Program-made: the position numbers and the translations under genes
Part shown: positions 9,381 through 17,868 of the stretch, one piece after another
How positions within the stretch are numbered: the stretch's first letter is position 1
Layout of the letters: every line of letters begins with the position of its first letter
Assembly: GCA_965223215.1 (NCBI GenBank)
Contig: CBDCVZ010000010.1
Coordinates: 6,912,453 to 6,976,452, forward strand
DNA from: Saprospiraceae bacterium
GTDB lineage: Bacteria > Bacteroidota > Bacteroidia > Chitinophagales > Saprospiraceae
DNA length: 64,000 nt
Direction: 5' to 3'
Notes under the pieces: generated by a model
Told to the model about the DNA's origin: nothing
What the model saw: the letters and a program-made list of their open reading frames with translations, nothing else
Databases searched by the model: none

Positions 9381-9766
9381 CTACTTCAGATAAAATCTAT
9401 AGTAATACTCATACCATCTCCAACAGTCAGTCCTAACTCGTGTCTTCGGTGTGGTGATCCAGGCTTTAAGTTTCGAAGTACTTGTTGAGATTACCGCTAC
9501 GCCTCGCCAGTGGTATGGATATTTCCTCATCTTTCTGACAAATTTTTCATGGACATGGAGGTGGATTTCCTTCACATCCTGGTATCTCTCGGTGTCTACT
9601 TTAACGTACAAGTCATCTCCACTTCGGTAGGTCGTCCCGTTGTTTTGGGATCTTGGTAACATGATTTATGCATGTACCCATCGTTGCTTCCAGGATCACT
9701 GAAATAACGATCGCCATTGCCACGACTTAAGGTGGAACGGCCCCATTCTCGGGTCAAATCAATGTT
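9381..9766 (-). pseudogene. possible frameshifted gene remnant (unknown family)
   Basis: The 93-aa ORF (9381-9662) continues upstream in another frame as LRQNIDLTREWGRSTLSRGNGDRYFSDPGSNDGYMHKS, open back to a stop at 9767-9769. This implies one frameshift near 9662. I recognise no family. Confidence 0.25.
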
Positions 9767-9857
9767 TTGCCTCAGTCACGAACCTAGTTGCTCGAAAATC
9801 CTATGGCGATCGGGTCAAAAATCTAAATCTTGGAATCGTGAAAATCAATAACGAATC

Positions 9858-9893
9858 AAAAAAAAGCTACCTCTTCAATTTGAAGAGGTAGCT
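9858..9893 (-). terminator. rho-independent terminator (minus strand), now separated from the HtrA-like gene by the IS element
   Basis: Perfect 13-bp stem agctacctcttca/tgaagaggtagct with a 3-nt loop (9865-9893). On the plus strand it is preceded by an 8-A run, which is a U-tract on the minus strand. Confidence 0.6.
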
Positions 9894-11006
9894 AGTGGCT
9901 TGTAACACTTAAAATGGATATATTATTTGTATATTTAATGTATGAAAAATATACCATTAGAATTACCAGAATCGGACCGTAAAGAATTAGAAAGTTGGGT
10001 TCGTAGACGGAATAACCAGACTCGAGATTTCAAGATTGCGAAGCTTCTATTGTTGATGAATAAGGGATATACTTATTTGCAGATACGGGAGAAGTTAGGT
10101 TGTGGTGTAGAATTTATGAGAAGGTGGAAGAAGCGGTATTTGGCAGAAGGTCTAGAGGGCTTATATACCCGTCATGAAGGGAGGAAAGCCAAGGTTTTGA
10201 CACCACAACTGGAAGCAAAGATTTTGTCGAAGAGTAGGAAGAAACCAAAGGATGGTAGTACTCACTGGTCGACTAGGAAATTAGCCAAGGAAATGGGTAT
10301 CAACCATATGTTGGTGGCACGGACTTGGAAAAAGCACGGCATCAAGCCACATCGAATTGAACATTATCTGGCAAGTAACGATCCGAACTTTGAAAAGAAA
10401 GCAGCCGATATAATAGGTTTGTATCTAAACCCACCCCAGAACGCAATGGTAGTATGCGTGGACGAGAAAACAGCAATTCAAGCATTAGATAGAAAAGATC
10501 CGGTTTTACCAATGTCACCTGGACGAGCCGAGCGTCATGGATTTGAATATAAGAGGCATGGCACACTTTCTTTATATGCGGCATTCAATGTGAAAAATGG
10601 TAAAGTCCTTGGGAAGACAACCAAAAGACATACAAGTCAAGAATTTGTAGCATTTCTTAGAGATCTTTCATCTCAAATCAGTCCTGATCAAGATATTCAT
10701 GTAATCCTGGATAATTTATCTGCACATAAAACCAAGATGGTCGATCAATTTCTAGCGGAAAATCCAAATTTTAAATTTCATTTTACACCTACCTATTCCT
10801 CCTGGCTGAACCAAGTGGAATTATGGTTCTCAAAAATAGAAAGAGATCTCATTCATCGCGGCATCTTCACATCGACTAAGGACTTGTCAAAGAAAATCAT
10901 GAAATACATAAAGCACTACAACACAGAAGCCAAGCCATTCAAGTGGAAATATAATAATACCAAAAGAAGAATTAATGTATCCGATTTATCTGTTACAGTC
11001 AACTAG
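9892..11006 (+). mobile_element. IS630-family insertion sequence, apparently intact (about 1.1 kb)
   Basis: A single DDE transposase ORF. Imperfect terminal inverted repeats: ctagtggcttgtaaca (9892-9907) against the reverse complement of tgttacagtcaactag (10991-11006), 13/16, with similarity extending to about 35 bp. Flanked by TAG direct repeats (9889-9891, 11007-9); IS630 duplicates TA. The element is visibly more AT-rich than its flanks. Confidence 0.8.
9942..11006 (+). CDS. IS630 family transposase
   Basis: 354 aa. N-terminal HTH region, then a DDE_3-type catalytic core: VCVDEKTAIQAL (D), ILDNLSAHKT (D), YSSWLNQVELWFSKIERD (E). The stop codon lies inside the right inverted repeat. Confidence 0.9.
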   Translation: MKNIPLELPESDRKELESWVRRRNNQTRDFKIAKLLLLMNKGYTYLQIREKLGCGVEFMRRWKKRYLAEGLEGLYTRHEGRKAKVLTPQLEAKILSKSRKKPKDGSTHWSTRKLAKEMGINHMLVARTWKKHGIKPHRIEHYLASNDPNFEKKAADIIGLYLNPPQNAMVVCVDEKTAIQALDRKDPVLPMSPGRAERHGFEYKRHGTLSLYAAFNVKNGKVLGKTTKRHTSQEFVAFLRDLSSQISPDQDIHVILDNLSAHKTKMVDQFLAENPNFKFHFTPTYSSWLNQVELWFSKIERDLIHRGIFTSTKDLSKKIMKYIKHYNTEAKPFKWKYNNTKRRINVSDLSVTVN

Positions 11007-11072
11007 TAGATCAACACATTGAAATCTGCTGATCTACTTCTTTAGAGACTGTATTACTAAAATAAGAACGTC

Positions 11073-12599
11073 CTATTGTGTCAGGCCAAAAGCGTAGTAG
11101 TGGGTGCCGGGAATATCCTCATAAATGCCCTCCAGCATGACACCTCCCTCTTTCTTTTCAAGTATGCTGGCTAGATCGTCAAGTGATCTAATCGATCGGT
11201 TATCAGCTTTGGTGATGATGAATCCTTCCCTCATATCCGTTTGTTGACGTAGTTTTCCCGGGTATAATTTGACGACTTTTACACCACCATCAATCTCCAG
11301 TTCATCTGCTTTGCTAGCAGTTAAATCTTCTAGCTCAGCACCTAACTGACGCAAGGCTGCATGGGTCTCTTTTTCGACGATGCGACGCTGACCTTGGCGA
11401 TTATTAAGATTTACCAGAAATTCCTTTTCACTACCTTTTCGATTTACAATAATCTTTACCTCATCTCCTGGCCTAAAGGAAGCAATTCGTTCCTGCAGTT
11501 CAGGAGATGTGTGAATGGGACGGCCCTCGACCGAAACAATGACATCTCCAACTTGGATGCCTGCTTCGGCTGCAGCACTGTTGTCCATTAGGCTATCCAC
11601 GTAGGCACCATGCCGTACACCCAGATCCTTTTCTTTTGCCAAATTACTTTCCACCGATCTAATCATTACCCCGAGTACTGCTCTTTGTACCGCACCATAG
11701 GTAATGAGATCTTCCACAACTTTATTGACAATATTACTGGGCACCGCAAAGCCATATCCAGCATAAACACCGGTCGGGCTAGCTATGGCAGTATTGATGC
11801 CGATCAGTCCACCCTGTAAATCGACCAAAGCGCCACCGCTGTTACCAGGGTTGATGGCAGCGTCAGTTTGAATGAAACTTTCAACTGCGAATTTCTCTTT
11901 GAGAATATTAATGTTTCGACCCTTTGCACTAACAATTCCTGCGGTAACCGTTGAGTTAAGACCCATTGGGTTTCCAACTGCCAAAACCCATTCACCTACT
12001 TTAACCTCATCTGAATTAATTAAGGGAAGAGAGGGTAGATTTTTCGCTTTAATTTGAATCAATGCAAGATCGGTGGTAGGGTCGGTTCCAACCACGGTCG
12101 CTTTGAGTGAGCGATTGTCCCATAGCGTTACCTCGATATCTTCCGCATCCTTGATGACATGATTATTAGTTACAATGTATCCGTCCTGGTTGATGATTAC
12201 TCCACTGCCCGTACCAACTCTTGCCTGCGGACCAGGATTTTGATTGGGATTTTCGAATCTAAAAAAAGGTTGAAAGCCATCTCCGAAAAAATCTCGAAAG
12301 GGATCGGGTAGGCGTTCTCGGTAATTATCAACCCGTGGCGCACTACCGGATCGATTAAATGTTTGGGTCGATTTAATGTGCACGACGGCAGATTTGACGT
12401 CTTCTGCAATTTTGGTAAAGTCAAGGGGTACTAATTTTCCCTTGTCATCTATTGTTAGCGCAACACCCTTACTTGGGGTATTTTGAATGTGCTCAATTTT
12501 GATTTTCTTTTCGCTACTAAAAAACTTGTGATAAATACCGACGGTGCTCCCACTAACCATGAGTGCAATGAGAGCAGTATAAATAATTGTTCGTTTCAT
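11073..12599 (-). CDS. Do/HtrA/DegQ family periplasmic serine endoprotease with two PDZ domains
   Basis: 508 aa with an N-terminal anchor or signal. Trypsin-like catalytic motifs TNNHV, DLALI and GNSGGALV are followed by two PDZ-like regions. Confidence 0.9.
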   Translation of the reverse strand: MKRTIIYTALIALMVSGSTVGIYHKFFSSEKKIKIEHIQNTPSKGVALTIDDKGKLVPLDFTKIAEDVKSAVVHIKSTQTFNRSGSAPRVDNYRERLPDPFRDFFGDGFQPFFRFENPNQNPGPQARVGTGSGVIINQDGYIVTNNHVIKDAEDIEVTLWDNRSLKATVVGTDPTTDLALIQIKAKNLPSLPLINSDEVKVGEWVLAVGNPMGLNSTVTAGIVSAKGRNINILKEKFAVESFIQTDAAINPGNSGGALVDLQGGLIGINTAIASPTGVYAGYGFAVPSNIVNKVVEDLITYGAVQRAVLGVMIRSVESNLAKEKDLGVRHGAYVDSLMDNSAAAEAGIQVGDVIVSVEGRPIHTSPELQERIASFRPGDEVKIIVNRKGSEKEFLVNLNNRQGQRRIVEKETHAALRQLGAELEDLTASKADELEIDGGVKVVKLYPGKLRQQTDMREGFIITKADNRSIRSLDDLASILEKKEGGVMLEGIYEDIPGTHYYAFGLTQ

Positions 12600-12692
12600 G
12601 ATTAAATCTTTTTTAACACAGAAAGCTCATCTCTAATTAGATTCGAACCAACTGCTCTAAATGAAATTTCTTAATTAAATGATTTCATCTAA

Positions 12693-12754
12693 CTCATCGG
12701 GTCGATGGCTTGCCAATATTCATGCCGAGCATTGACAAGCATCGACTAGATGAG
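12693..12754. other. long imperfect hairpin between hsp20 3' end and the HtrA-like gene 5' region
   Basis: tcgatggcttgccaat / attgacaagcatcga forms a 16-bp stem with one mismatch and a 13-nt loop. It is extended by ctcatc/gatgag after a 3-nt internal mismatch. No U-tract follows on either strand. Confidence 0.4.
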
Positions 12755-12801
12755 CTGTTAATTCATGAAGGATTACCAGAAAAGGATAGACCTGAAGTGG
12801 C

Positions 12802-13239
12802 CTAGCTGATTTGAATCATTCTTGGGGGCTTAGATTTTGCATGCTCCCTTTTCGGAATGGTCAACATCAGCATTCCGTCCTGATATTTGGCTTTAATCTT
12901 ATCCACCTCCACGACGTCCTTAGGAAGTTGGAACGAGCGCTGGAAAGATTGGTAGCTAAATTCTTTGCGAGTGTACTTCTCTCCATCGCCGAGGTTTTCT
13001 TGTCTGGTATGTTCACTGCTGATCGTCAGCAAATTGTCATCTAATTTGACCTCAAAGTCTTTTTTAGTCATACCAGGAGCAGCCATTTCTACGAGAAAGG
13101 AATCATTCGTTTCCCGAATATTGACCGATGGAAGTGTACTGTTGGTTGATGAGAAGTGATTATTGCTCCAATCAAACCAATCGCGTGACACAAAGTCATC
13201 AAAAAACGGCATCAAAGATCTACTCTTAACAAGTGTCAT
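12802..13239 (-). CDS. Hsp20/alpha-crystallin family small heat-shock protein
   Basis: The alpha-crystallin domain pattern is present (SVNIRETNDSFLVEMAAPGMTKKDF...DGMLMLTIPK). I start it at the internal Met (MTLVKSRSLMPFFDD) rather than the longest ORF. Confidence 0.85.
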   Translation of the reverse strand: MTLVKSRSLMPFFDDFVSRDWFDWSNNHFSSTNSTLPSVNIRETNDSFLVEMAAPGMTKKDFEVKLDDNLLTISSEHTRQENLGDGEKYTRKEFSYQSFQRSFQLPKDVVEVDKIKAKYQDGMLMLTIPKREHAKSKPPRMIQIS

Positions 13240-13457
13240 GATTATGTTATTTTGGTTAAACAATAAATGATTCAAGAGTCATCTACCTCCCAAATCGTCA
13301 TCACCAAATACCGATCAAATTGTGTTCCATCCGTGAGATCATACACTTTAACTGAAATATTTGCAGAATCTACCGCGGGAATCTGACAAATTTAATCATC
13401 GTGAAATGTCAATTTGACAGATGTGCCCATGCATTGTCAGAGGTATCCCGCTGATGC

Positions 13458-14645
13458 CTATAGCACACCCAATTTGTGCCCAACTTTAGTAAAAGCACTA
13501 ATCGCCCGTTCAAGGTGTTCTACATCATGTGCTGCAGAAATCTGAACTCGGATCCTAGCTTGCCCTCTGGGTACCACTGGAAAAAAGAAGCCGATGACAT
13601 AAATACCCTCTTCCAACAGTTTACTCGCAAATTCTTGGGCTAGGACAGCATCGTACAACATGATTGGGGTGATTGGATGTACTCCAGGAACAATGTCAAA
13701 TCCAGCTTTCGTCATTCCCGTACGGAAGAGTTTTGTGTTTGCTTCAAGTTTATCTCTAAGTACATTAGAATGCTCTAACATATCGAGCACTTTGAGCGTA
13801 GCACCAGCGATAGCAGGTGCTAGTGTGTTGGAAAATAGATAGGGTCTGCTGCGTTGTCGAAGTAGTTCTACAATTTCACTTCTTGCTGCGGTAAATCCAC
13901 CGGATGCACCTCCTAATGCTTTACCGAAGGTTCCAGTGATGATATCTACACGACCCATGGCCTTGCGATACTCATGCGATCCTCTACCGTTTGGACCTAC
14001 AAATCCCGTGGCATGGCATTCGTCGACCATCACCAGTGCATCATACTGATCCGCCAGGTCACAGATTTTGTCAATCTGCGCAATGGTTCCGTCCATACTA
14101 AATACCCCATCTGTGGCGATTAACCTCCGACGCGCCCCCTCTGCTGCTTGTAGTTGCCTTTCAAGATCATCCATGTCATTGGTCAAATATCTAAACCGGG
14201 CTGCCTTACAAAGCCTTATCCCATCGATAATGGAAGCATGATTTAACTGATCTGAGATTATGGCATCTTCCTTGGACAGGAGGGGTTCAAAAAGGCCTCC
14301 ATTGGCATCGAAGGCTGCTGCGTAGAGAATGGCATCGTCTTGTCCGACAAAATCAGCGATTTTACGTTCAAGTTGTTTATGGACAGACTGAGTACCGCAA
14401 ATGAACCGCACCGACGAAAGCCCAAATCCAAATTCTTCCATTGCCTTTTTAGCGGCTGCGACTACTTCTGGATGATTGGATAGCCCCAAATAATTGTTGG
14501 CACAAAAATTCAACACCGTACCCCCCTCTCGCGTTACGATCTGGGCACTTTGTGGGCTCGTAATCGTGCGCTCAGCTTTATAAAGTCCGGCGATCTTAAT
14601 CTCTTGTATTTCAGCGGCTAAGGAAGCTTGTACATTTTTATACAT
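13458..14645 (-). CDS. kbl: glycine C-acetyltransferase (2-amino-3-ketobutyrate CoA ligase)
   Basis: PLP-dependent alpha-oxoamine synthase motifs ([30 protein letters not shown]). It lies directly downstream of an SDR-type threonine dehydrogenase. I start it at MYKNV because the longest ORF would overlap tdh. Confidence 0.9.
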   Translation of the reverse strand: MYKNVQASLAAEIQEIKIAGLYKAERTITSPQSAQIVTREGGTVLNFCANNYLGLSNHPEVVAAAKKAMEEFGFGLSSVRFICGTQSVHKQLERKIADFVGQDDAILYAAAFDANGGLFEPLLSKEDAIISDQLNHASIIDGIRLCKAARFRYLTNDMDDLERQLQAAEGARRRLIATDGVFSMDGTIAQIDKICDLADQYDALVMVDECHATGFVGPNGRGSHEYRKAMGRVDIITGTFGKALGGASGGFTAARSEIVELLRQRSRPYLFSNTLAPAIAGATLKVLDMLEHSNVLRDKLEANTKLFRTGMTKAGFDIVPGVHPITPIMLYDAVLAQEFASKLLEEGIYVIGFFFPVVPRGQARIRVQISAAHDVEHLERAISAFTKVGHKLGVL

Positions 14646-14650
14646 CGTAA

Positions 14651-15595
14651 TTATTTTGTGTCTGGGACATTCGCTTTTAAGTGATGCAGCATATCTTTTG
14701 CCATCTCCTGGAGATCGTAGTGAGGTTGCCACTGCCAGTCCACCCGTGCCGGCTGATCGTTAATACTTTGAGACCAGGAATCGGCAATGTCTTGTCTAAA
14801 ATCGGGCTGATAATTCATCTTAAAATGCGGGAGATGTACTTGAATCGCTTTTGCTAACTCCGCTGGAGTAAAGCTCATCCCAGACAAATTATAGCTATAT
14901 CTCACAGTGAGATTGTTGGCAGGTGCTTCCATTAAAAGAAGTGTAGCTCGAATGGCATCAGGCATGTAAATCATCGGCAATCTAGTGTCTGGCTTCAGAA
15001 AGCAGGTGTAGTGACCCTCCTTCAGGGCTGCGTGAAAGATTTCAACGGCATAGTCAGTCGTACCACCGCCTGGGAGCGAATCATAACCGATGATACCAGG
15101 GTATCTGATTGATCGCACATCGACTCCAAATTTTTGGTGGTAGTAATTGCACCAGCTTTCACCAGCCAGTTTACTCATGCCATAGACCGTGGAAGGTAGC
15201 ATAGGAACAACTTGCGGTGTATCGACCTTAGGGGTGGTTGGGCCAAAGACCGCAATAGTGCTGGGAAAGAAAAGTTTTTCCAGCTTGAGCTTACGCGTTA
15301 ATTCTAAGATGGAGAGAAAACCATTAAAATTGACATTCCAGGTTTTGGTTGGATTCCATTCCCCATTGGCAGAAAGAATGGCGGCTAGATGATAGATCTC
15401 AGTCACCTTATAATCACCTATGATTTCGCGAATACGCTGGGTATTTAGGATGTCTAACATCACAAACTCACCTACTGCTTCTGCCGGTCTGGTAATGTCG
15501 CTACAGATCACCGCATGGTCACCAAATTTCTCCCGGAGAGATTTGGCAAGGATGGTTCCTATCTGCCCGTTAGCACCCGTAATCAAAATGGCCAT
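14651..15595 (-). CDS. tdh: L-threonine 3-dehydrogenase, NAD-dependent epimerase/dehydratase (extended SDR) type
   Basis: N-terminal [11 protein letters not shown] Rossmann motif and YGMSK catalytic Tyr-x3-Lys. It forms a 5-nt-spaced operon with kbl, the classical two-step threonine degradation pair. Confidence 0.8.
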   Translation of the reverse strand: MAILITGANGQIGTILAKSLREKFGDHAVICSDITRPAEAVGEFVMLDILNTQRIREIIGDYKVTEIYHLAAILSANGEWNPTKTWNVNFNGFLSILELTRKLKLEKLFFPSTIAVFGPTTPKVDTPQVVPMLPSTVYGMSKLAGESWCNYYHQKFGVDVRSIRYPGIIGYDSLPGGGTTDYAVEIFHAALKEGHYTCFLKPDTRLPMIYMPDAIRATLLLMEAPANNLTVRYSYNLSGMSFTPAELAKAIQVHLPHFKMNYQPDFRQDIADSWSQSINDQPARVDWQWQPHYDLQEMAKDMLHHLKANVPDTK

Positions 15596-15660
15596 TACAA
15601 ATTCATTTGCGTCCACAAATTGCAATATTCCAGCAAGGTGGCAAAATTCCTTTTAAGGGT

Positions 15661-16143
15661 TCAGATGGGACTCAAGAGGGGAGGTATTTCGGGCAGAAAC
15701 GTGTAGTCTTGCGTTTGATAATCAATGCGGCAGAGATGGTGATCGTTGCCATTAGTAACCAGTAGGTAGGGTACTTTCAGGGCAATATTGTAGCGAGATA
15801 TTTGATCAAAGGTGTTTTGCCTGATGCTGACTTCAGGTCGCTTGCACTCGATCAACATCACCGGACTTAAATCTCGATTGTACAGCAAAACATCAAATCG
15901 TCTCTGCCTGCGATGTACCATCAGAAGTTTCTCCACGTGAATCAGCTTGGAGGGAAACTGAAGCTCGTCCAGGAGATAGCGAATCACCAGTTGCCTTACG
16001 AGTTCTTCTGGGCCGCTGACCAGCCATTTTTTGCGAATGGGATCCCAGATCTTCGGCTGGCCATCTTTTCTTTGCATACGCAGGAGGTGCTGAAATCGCA
16101 GGAGGTCTAAATCGAGCATCGATTTTGTAAGATATGCAAACAA
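15661..16143 (-). CDS. stand-alone type I restriction enzyme HsdR N-terminal (PD-(D/E)xK-like) domain protein
   Basis: About 155 aa. DVLLY...LIECKRP resembles the PD-(D/E)xK core seen in small HsdR_N domain proteins common in Bacteroidota. No helicase, methylase or specificity gene is nearby. Confidence 0.6.
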   Translation of the reverse strand: MFAYLTKSMLDLDLLRFQHLLRMQRKDGQPKIWDPIRKKWLVSGPEELVRQLVIRYLLDELQFPSKLIHVEKLLMVHRRQRRFDVLLYNRDLSPVMLIECKRPEVSIRQNTFDQISRYNIALKVPYLLVTNGNDHHLCRIDYQTQDYTFLPEIPPLLSPI

Positions 16144-16212
16144 TAATTAAATTTGGGCCCGTTTTCAAAGGGCAATGCAAATCAAGGCCTAAGAGTATAA
16201 ACACTTCAACAT

Positions 16213-17136
16213 ATGGATATCGTTATTGACAAGCTCAGCAAAAGCTATGGTTTTCAGAAAGCTGTTGACGACATTTCATTTCAGGTAAAGACTGGTGAGA
16301 TTTTGGGTTTTCTCGGTCCAAATGGGGCAGGGAAGACAACCACTATGAAGATGATCACCGGCTTCTTAAATATTGATGAGGGCGATGTATCGATGAACGG
16401 CAAATCAATCAAGGAGCACGACATGCGGGGCCGGATTGGATATTTGCCGGAGCACAACCCGCTCTATGAAGATATGCCTGTAATCGACTATCTCGAGTTT
16501 TGTGCGGCATTGCAGCACGTACCACCGGAGCAGATCGAAACTCAGATCCAGAAAATGGTGAAATTATGTGGTCTGGACATCGAAAAGCATAAGAAAATTG
16601 GTGAGTTGTCGAAGGGATACCGTCAGCGTGTGGGTTTGGCTCAGGCTATGATCCATGATCCGGAAGTCTTAATTCTAGATGAACCGACAACCGGTCTTGA
16701 CCCGAACCAGATCGTTGAAATCCGGGAACTGATTAGACAGTTGGGTAGGGAGAAAACCGTCATCTTAAGCACTCATATTTTGCCGGAGGTTGAAGCTACT
16801 TGTGACCGGATCTTAATCATCAACCGTGGCAAAATCGTGGCTGACGGTACGGCCGATACACTACGCAAACAGGCGCAAGGACAACAGGTACTCCGAGTTC
16901 GTGTTGAGGCACCCAATTATCAAGAGGTCTTTGATGCGCTCCAAAATCTTGCGAGTGTCAGCAGCGTAGATATGCTTGATAAAGATGCCATGCGATTTGA
17001 AATACAGAGTGCTCCCAACCTTCAGAGCAATCAATCGATCTTTAAGCTTTGCGTTGAGCGTGGATGGATCCTAACGGAGATTATTCCATTCGAGACCAAG
17101 CTGGAAGACATATTTAGAGATTTAACGGTGAATTAA
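16213..17136 (+). CDS. gldA: ABC transporter ATP-binding protein, GldA-like
   Basis: Walker A GPNGAGKTT, signature LSKGYRQR and Walker B ILDEPTTGLD. It is the first gene of an ATPase / ABC-2 permease / GldG-like / DUF4340 operon. A non-gliding homolog cannot be excluded. Confidence 0.65.
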   Translation: MDIVIDKLSKSYGFQKAVDDISFQVKTGEILGFLGPNGAGKTTTMKMITGFLNIDEGDVSMNGKSIKEHDMRGRIGYLPEHNPLYEDMPVIDYLEFCAALQHVPPEQIETQIQKMVKLCGLDIEKHKKIGELSKGYRQRVGLAQAMIHDPEVLILDEPTTGLDPNQIVEIRELIRQLGREKTVILSTHILPEVEATCDRILIINRGKIVADGTADTLRKQAQGQQVLRVRVEAPNYQEVFDALQNLASVSSVDMLDKDAMRFEIQSAPNLQSNQSIFKLCVERGWILTEIIPFETKLEDIFRDLTVN

Positions 17137-17148
17137 AGAAGACAAATT

Positions 17149-17865
17149 ATGAATCCCATTTGGATAATCGCGAAGCGCGAACTAGGTTCCTTTTTTGACT
17201 CATTGGTCGCCTATATAATGCTCATTGCTTTTTTAGGATTTAGTGGGTTTTTTACCTGGCTCTTTGGCAGTGATATTTTCTTCGTCAAAGAGGCAAGCCT
17301 GCAAGTCTTTTTTGGTGTGGCATTTTGGACACTTTTTGTTTTTATTCCCGCCATTACCATGCGACAATTAGCAGAAGAAAAGAAGACGGGCACCATCGAA
17401 ATGCTTTTGACAAAATCAGTTAACAATCGTCAGCTTGTGCTGGGAAAATGGCTGGCATGTTTTTTATTGGTTGCGATCGCCTTACTATTCACACTGCCGT
17501 ACTACTTTACGGTGGCAAGTCTTGGTGAGATCGATCATGGAGCTACGATTTCGGGGTATTTGGCTTTACTATTGATGAGCGCCATGTACGTCAGTATCGG
17601 AATCTTTGCCAGTAGCCTTACGAATAACCAAATTGTGGCCTTTCTTCTCGCTCTTTTAATTGGAATTTTCTTTCATTTTCTCTTCGGAATTATGGCGGGA
17701 AGTACCTCTGGTTGGTTGAGCGAAATTTTGGACACGCTAAGTCTTTCCAATCACTTCGAATCAATTAGTCGTGGCGTCTTGGATTCAAAGGATCTTATCT
17801 ATTTTATTTCAATCACTTTATTCGGCATTCTGATGGCTGAATATATGATCGCAAAAAGGAAATAG
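17149..17865 (+). CDS. gldF: ABC-2 type permease, GldF-like
   Basis: 238 aa with 6 TM helices and the ABC-2 permease pattern. It is tightly spaced between the ATPase and GldG-like genes. Confidence 0.65.
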   Translation: MNPIWIIAKRELGSFFDSLVAYIMLIAFLGFSGFFTWLFGSDIFFVKEASLQVFFGVAFWTLFVFIPAITMRQLAEEKKTGTIEMLLTKSVNNRQLVLGKWLACFLLVAIALLFTLPYYFTVASLGEIDHGATISGYLALLLMSAMYVSIGIFASSLTNNQIVAFLLALLIGIFFHFLFGIMAGSTSGWLSEILDTLSLSNHFESISRGVLDSKDLIYFISITLFGILMAEYMIAKRK

Positions 17866-17868
17866 ACC

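Noticed and set aside
12636-12660. The minus strand contains GGTTCGAATC, identical to the tRNA T-loop consensus, so I considered a tRNA gene.
   Set aside because: The putative T-stem needs two G-U pairs. No complementary acceptor 5' strand, D-arm or anticodon arm can be drawn from the flanking ~70 nt.
14646-14732. The longest-ORF N-terminal extensions of kbl (and likewise tdh, hsp20, groES, aroE, fadB, the SSF transporter and DUF1573).
   Set aside because: The extensions overlap upstream genes or add non-homologous residues before the conserved family N-termini. I chose internal Met starts that match the family N-termini.
15661-16143. The HsdR N-terminal domain protein as an indicator of a type I restriction-modification or other defence locus.
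   Set aside because: It is a stand-alone ~155-aa domain. No methylase, specificity subunit, helicase/ATPase or other defence-associated gene is nearby, and the flanks are tdh-kbl and gldAFG housekeeping operons.
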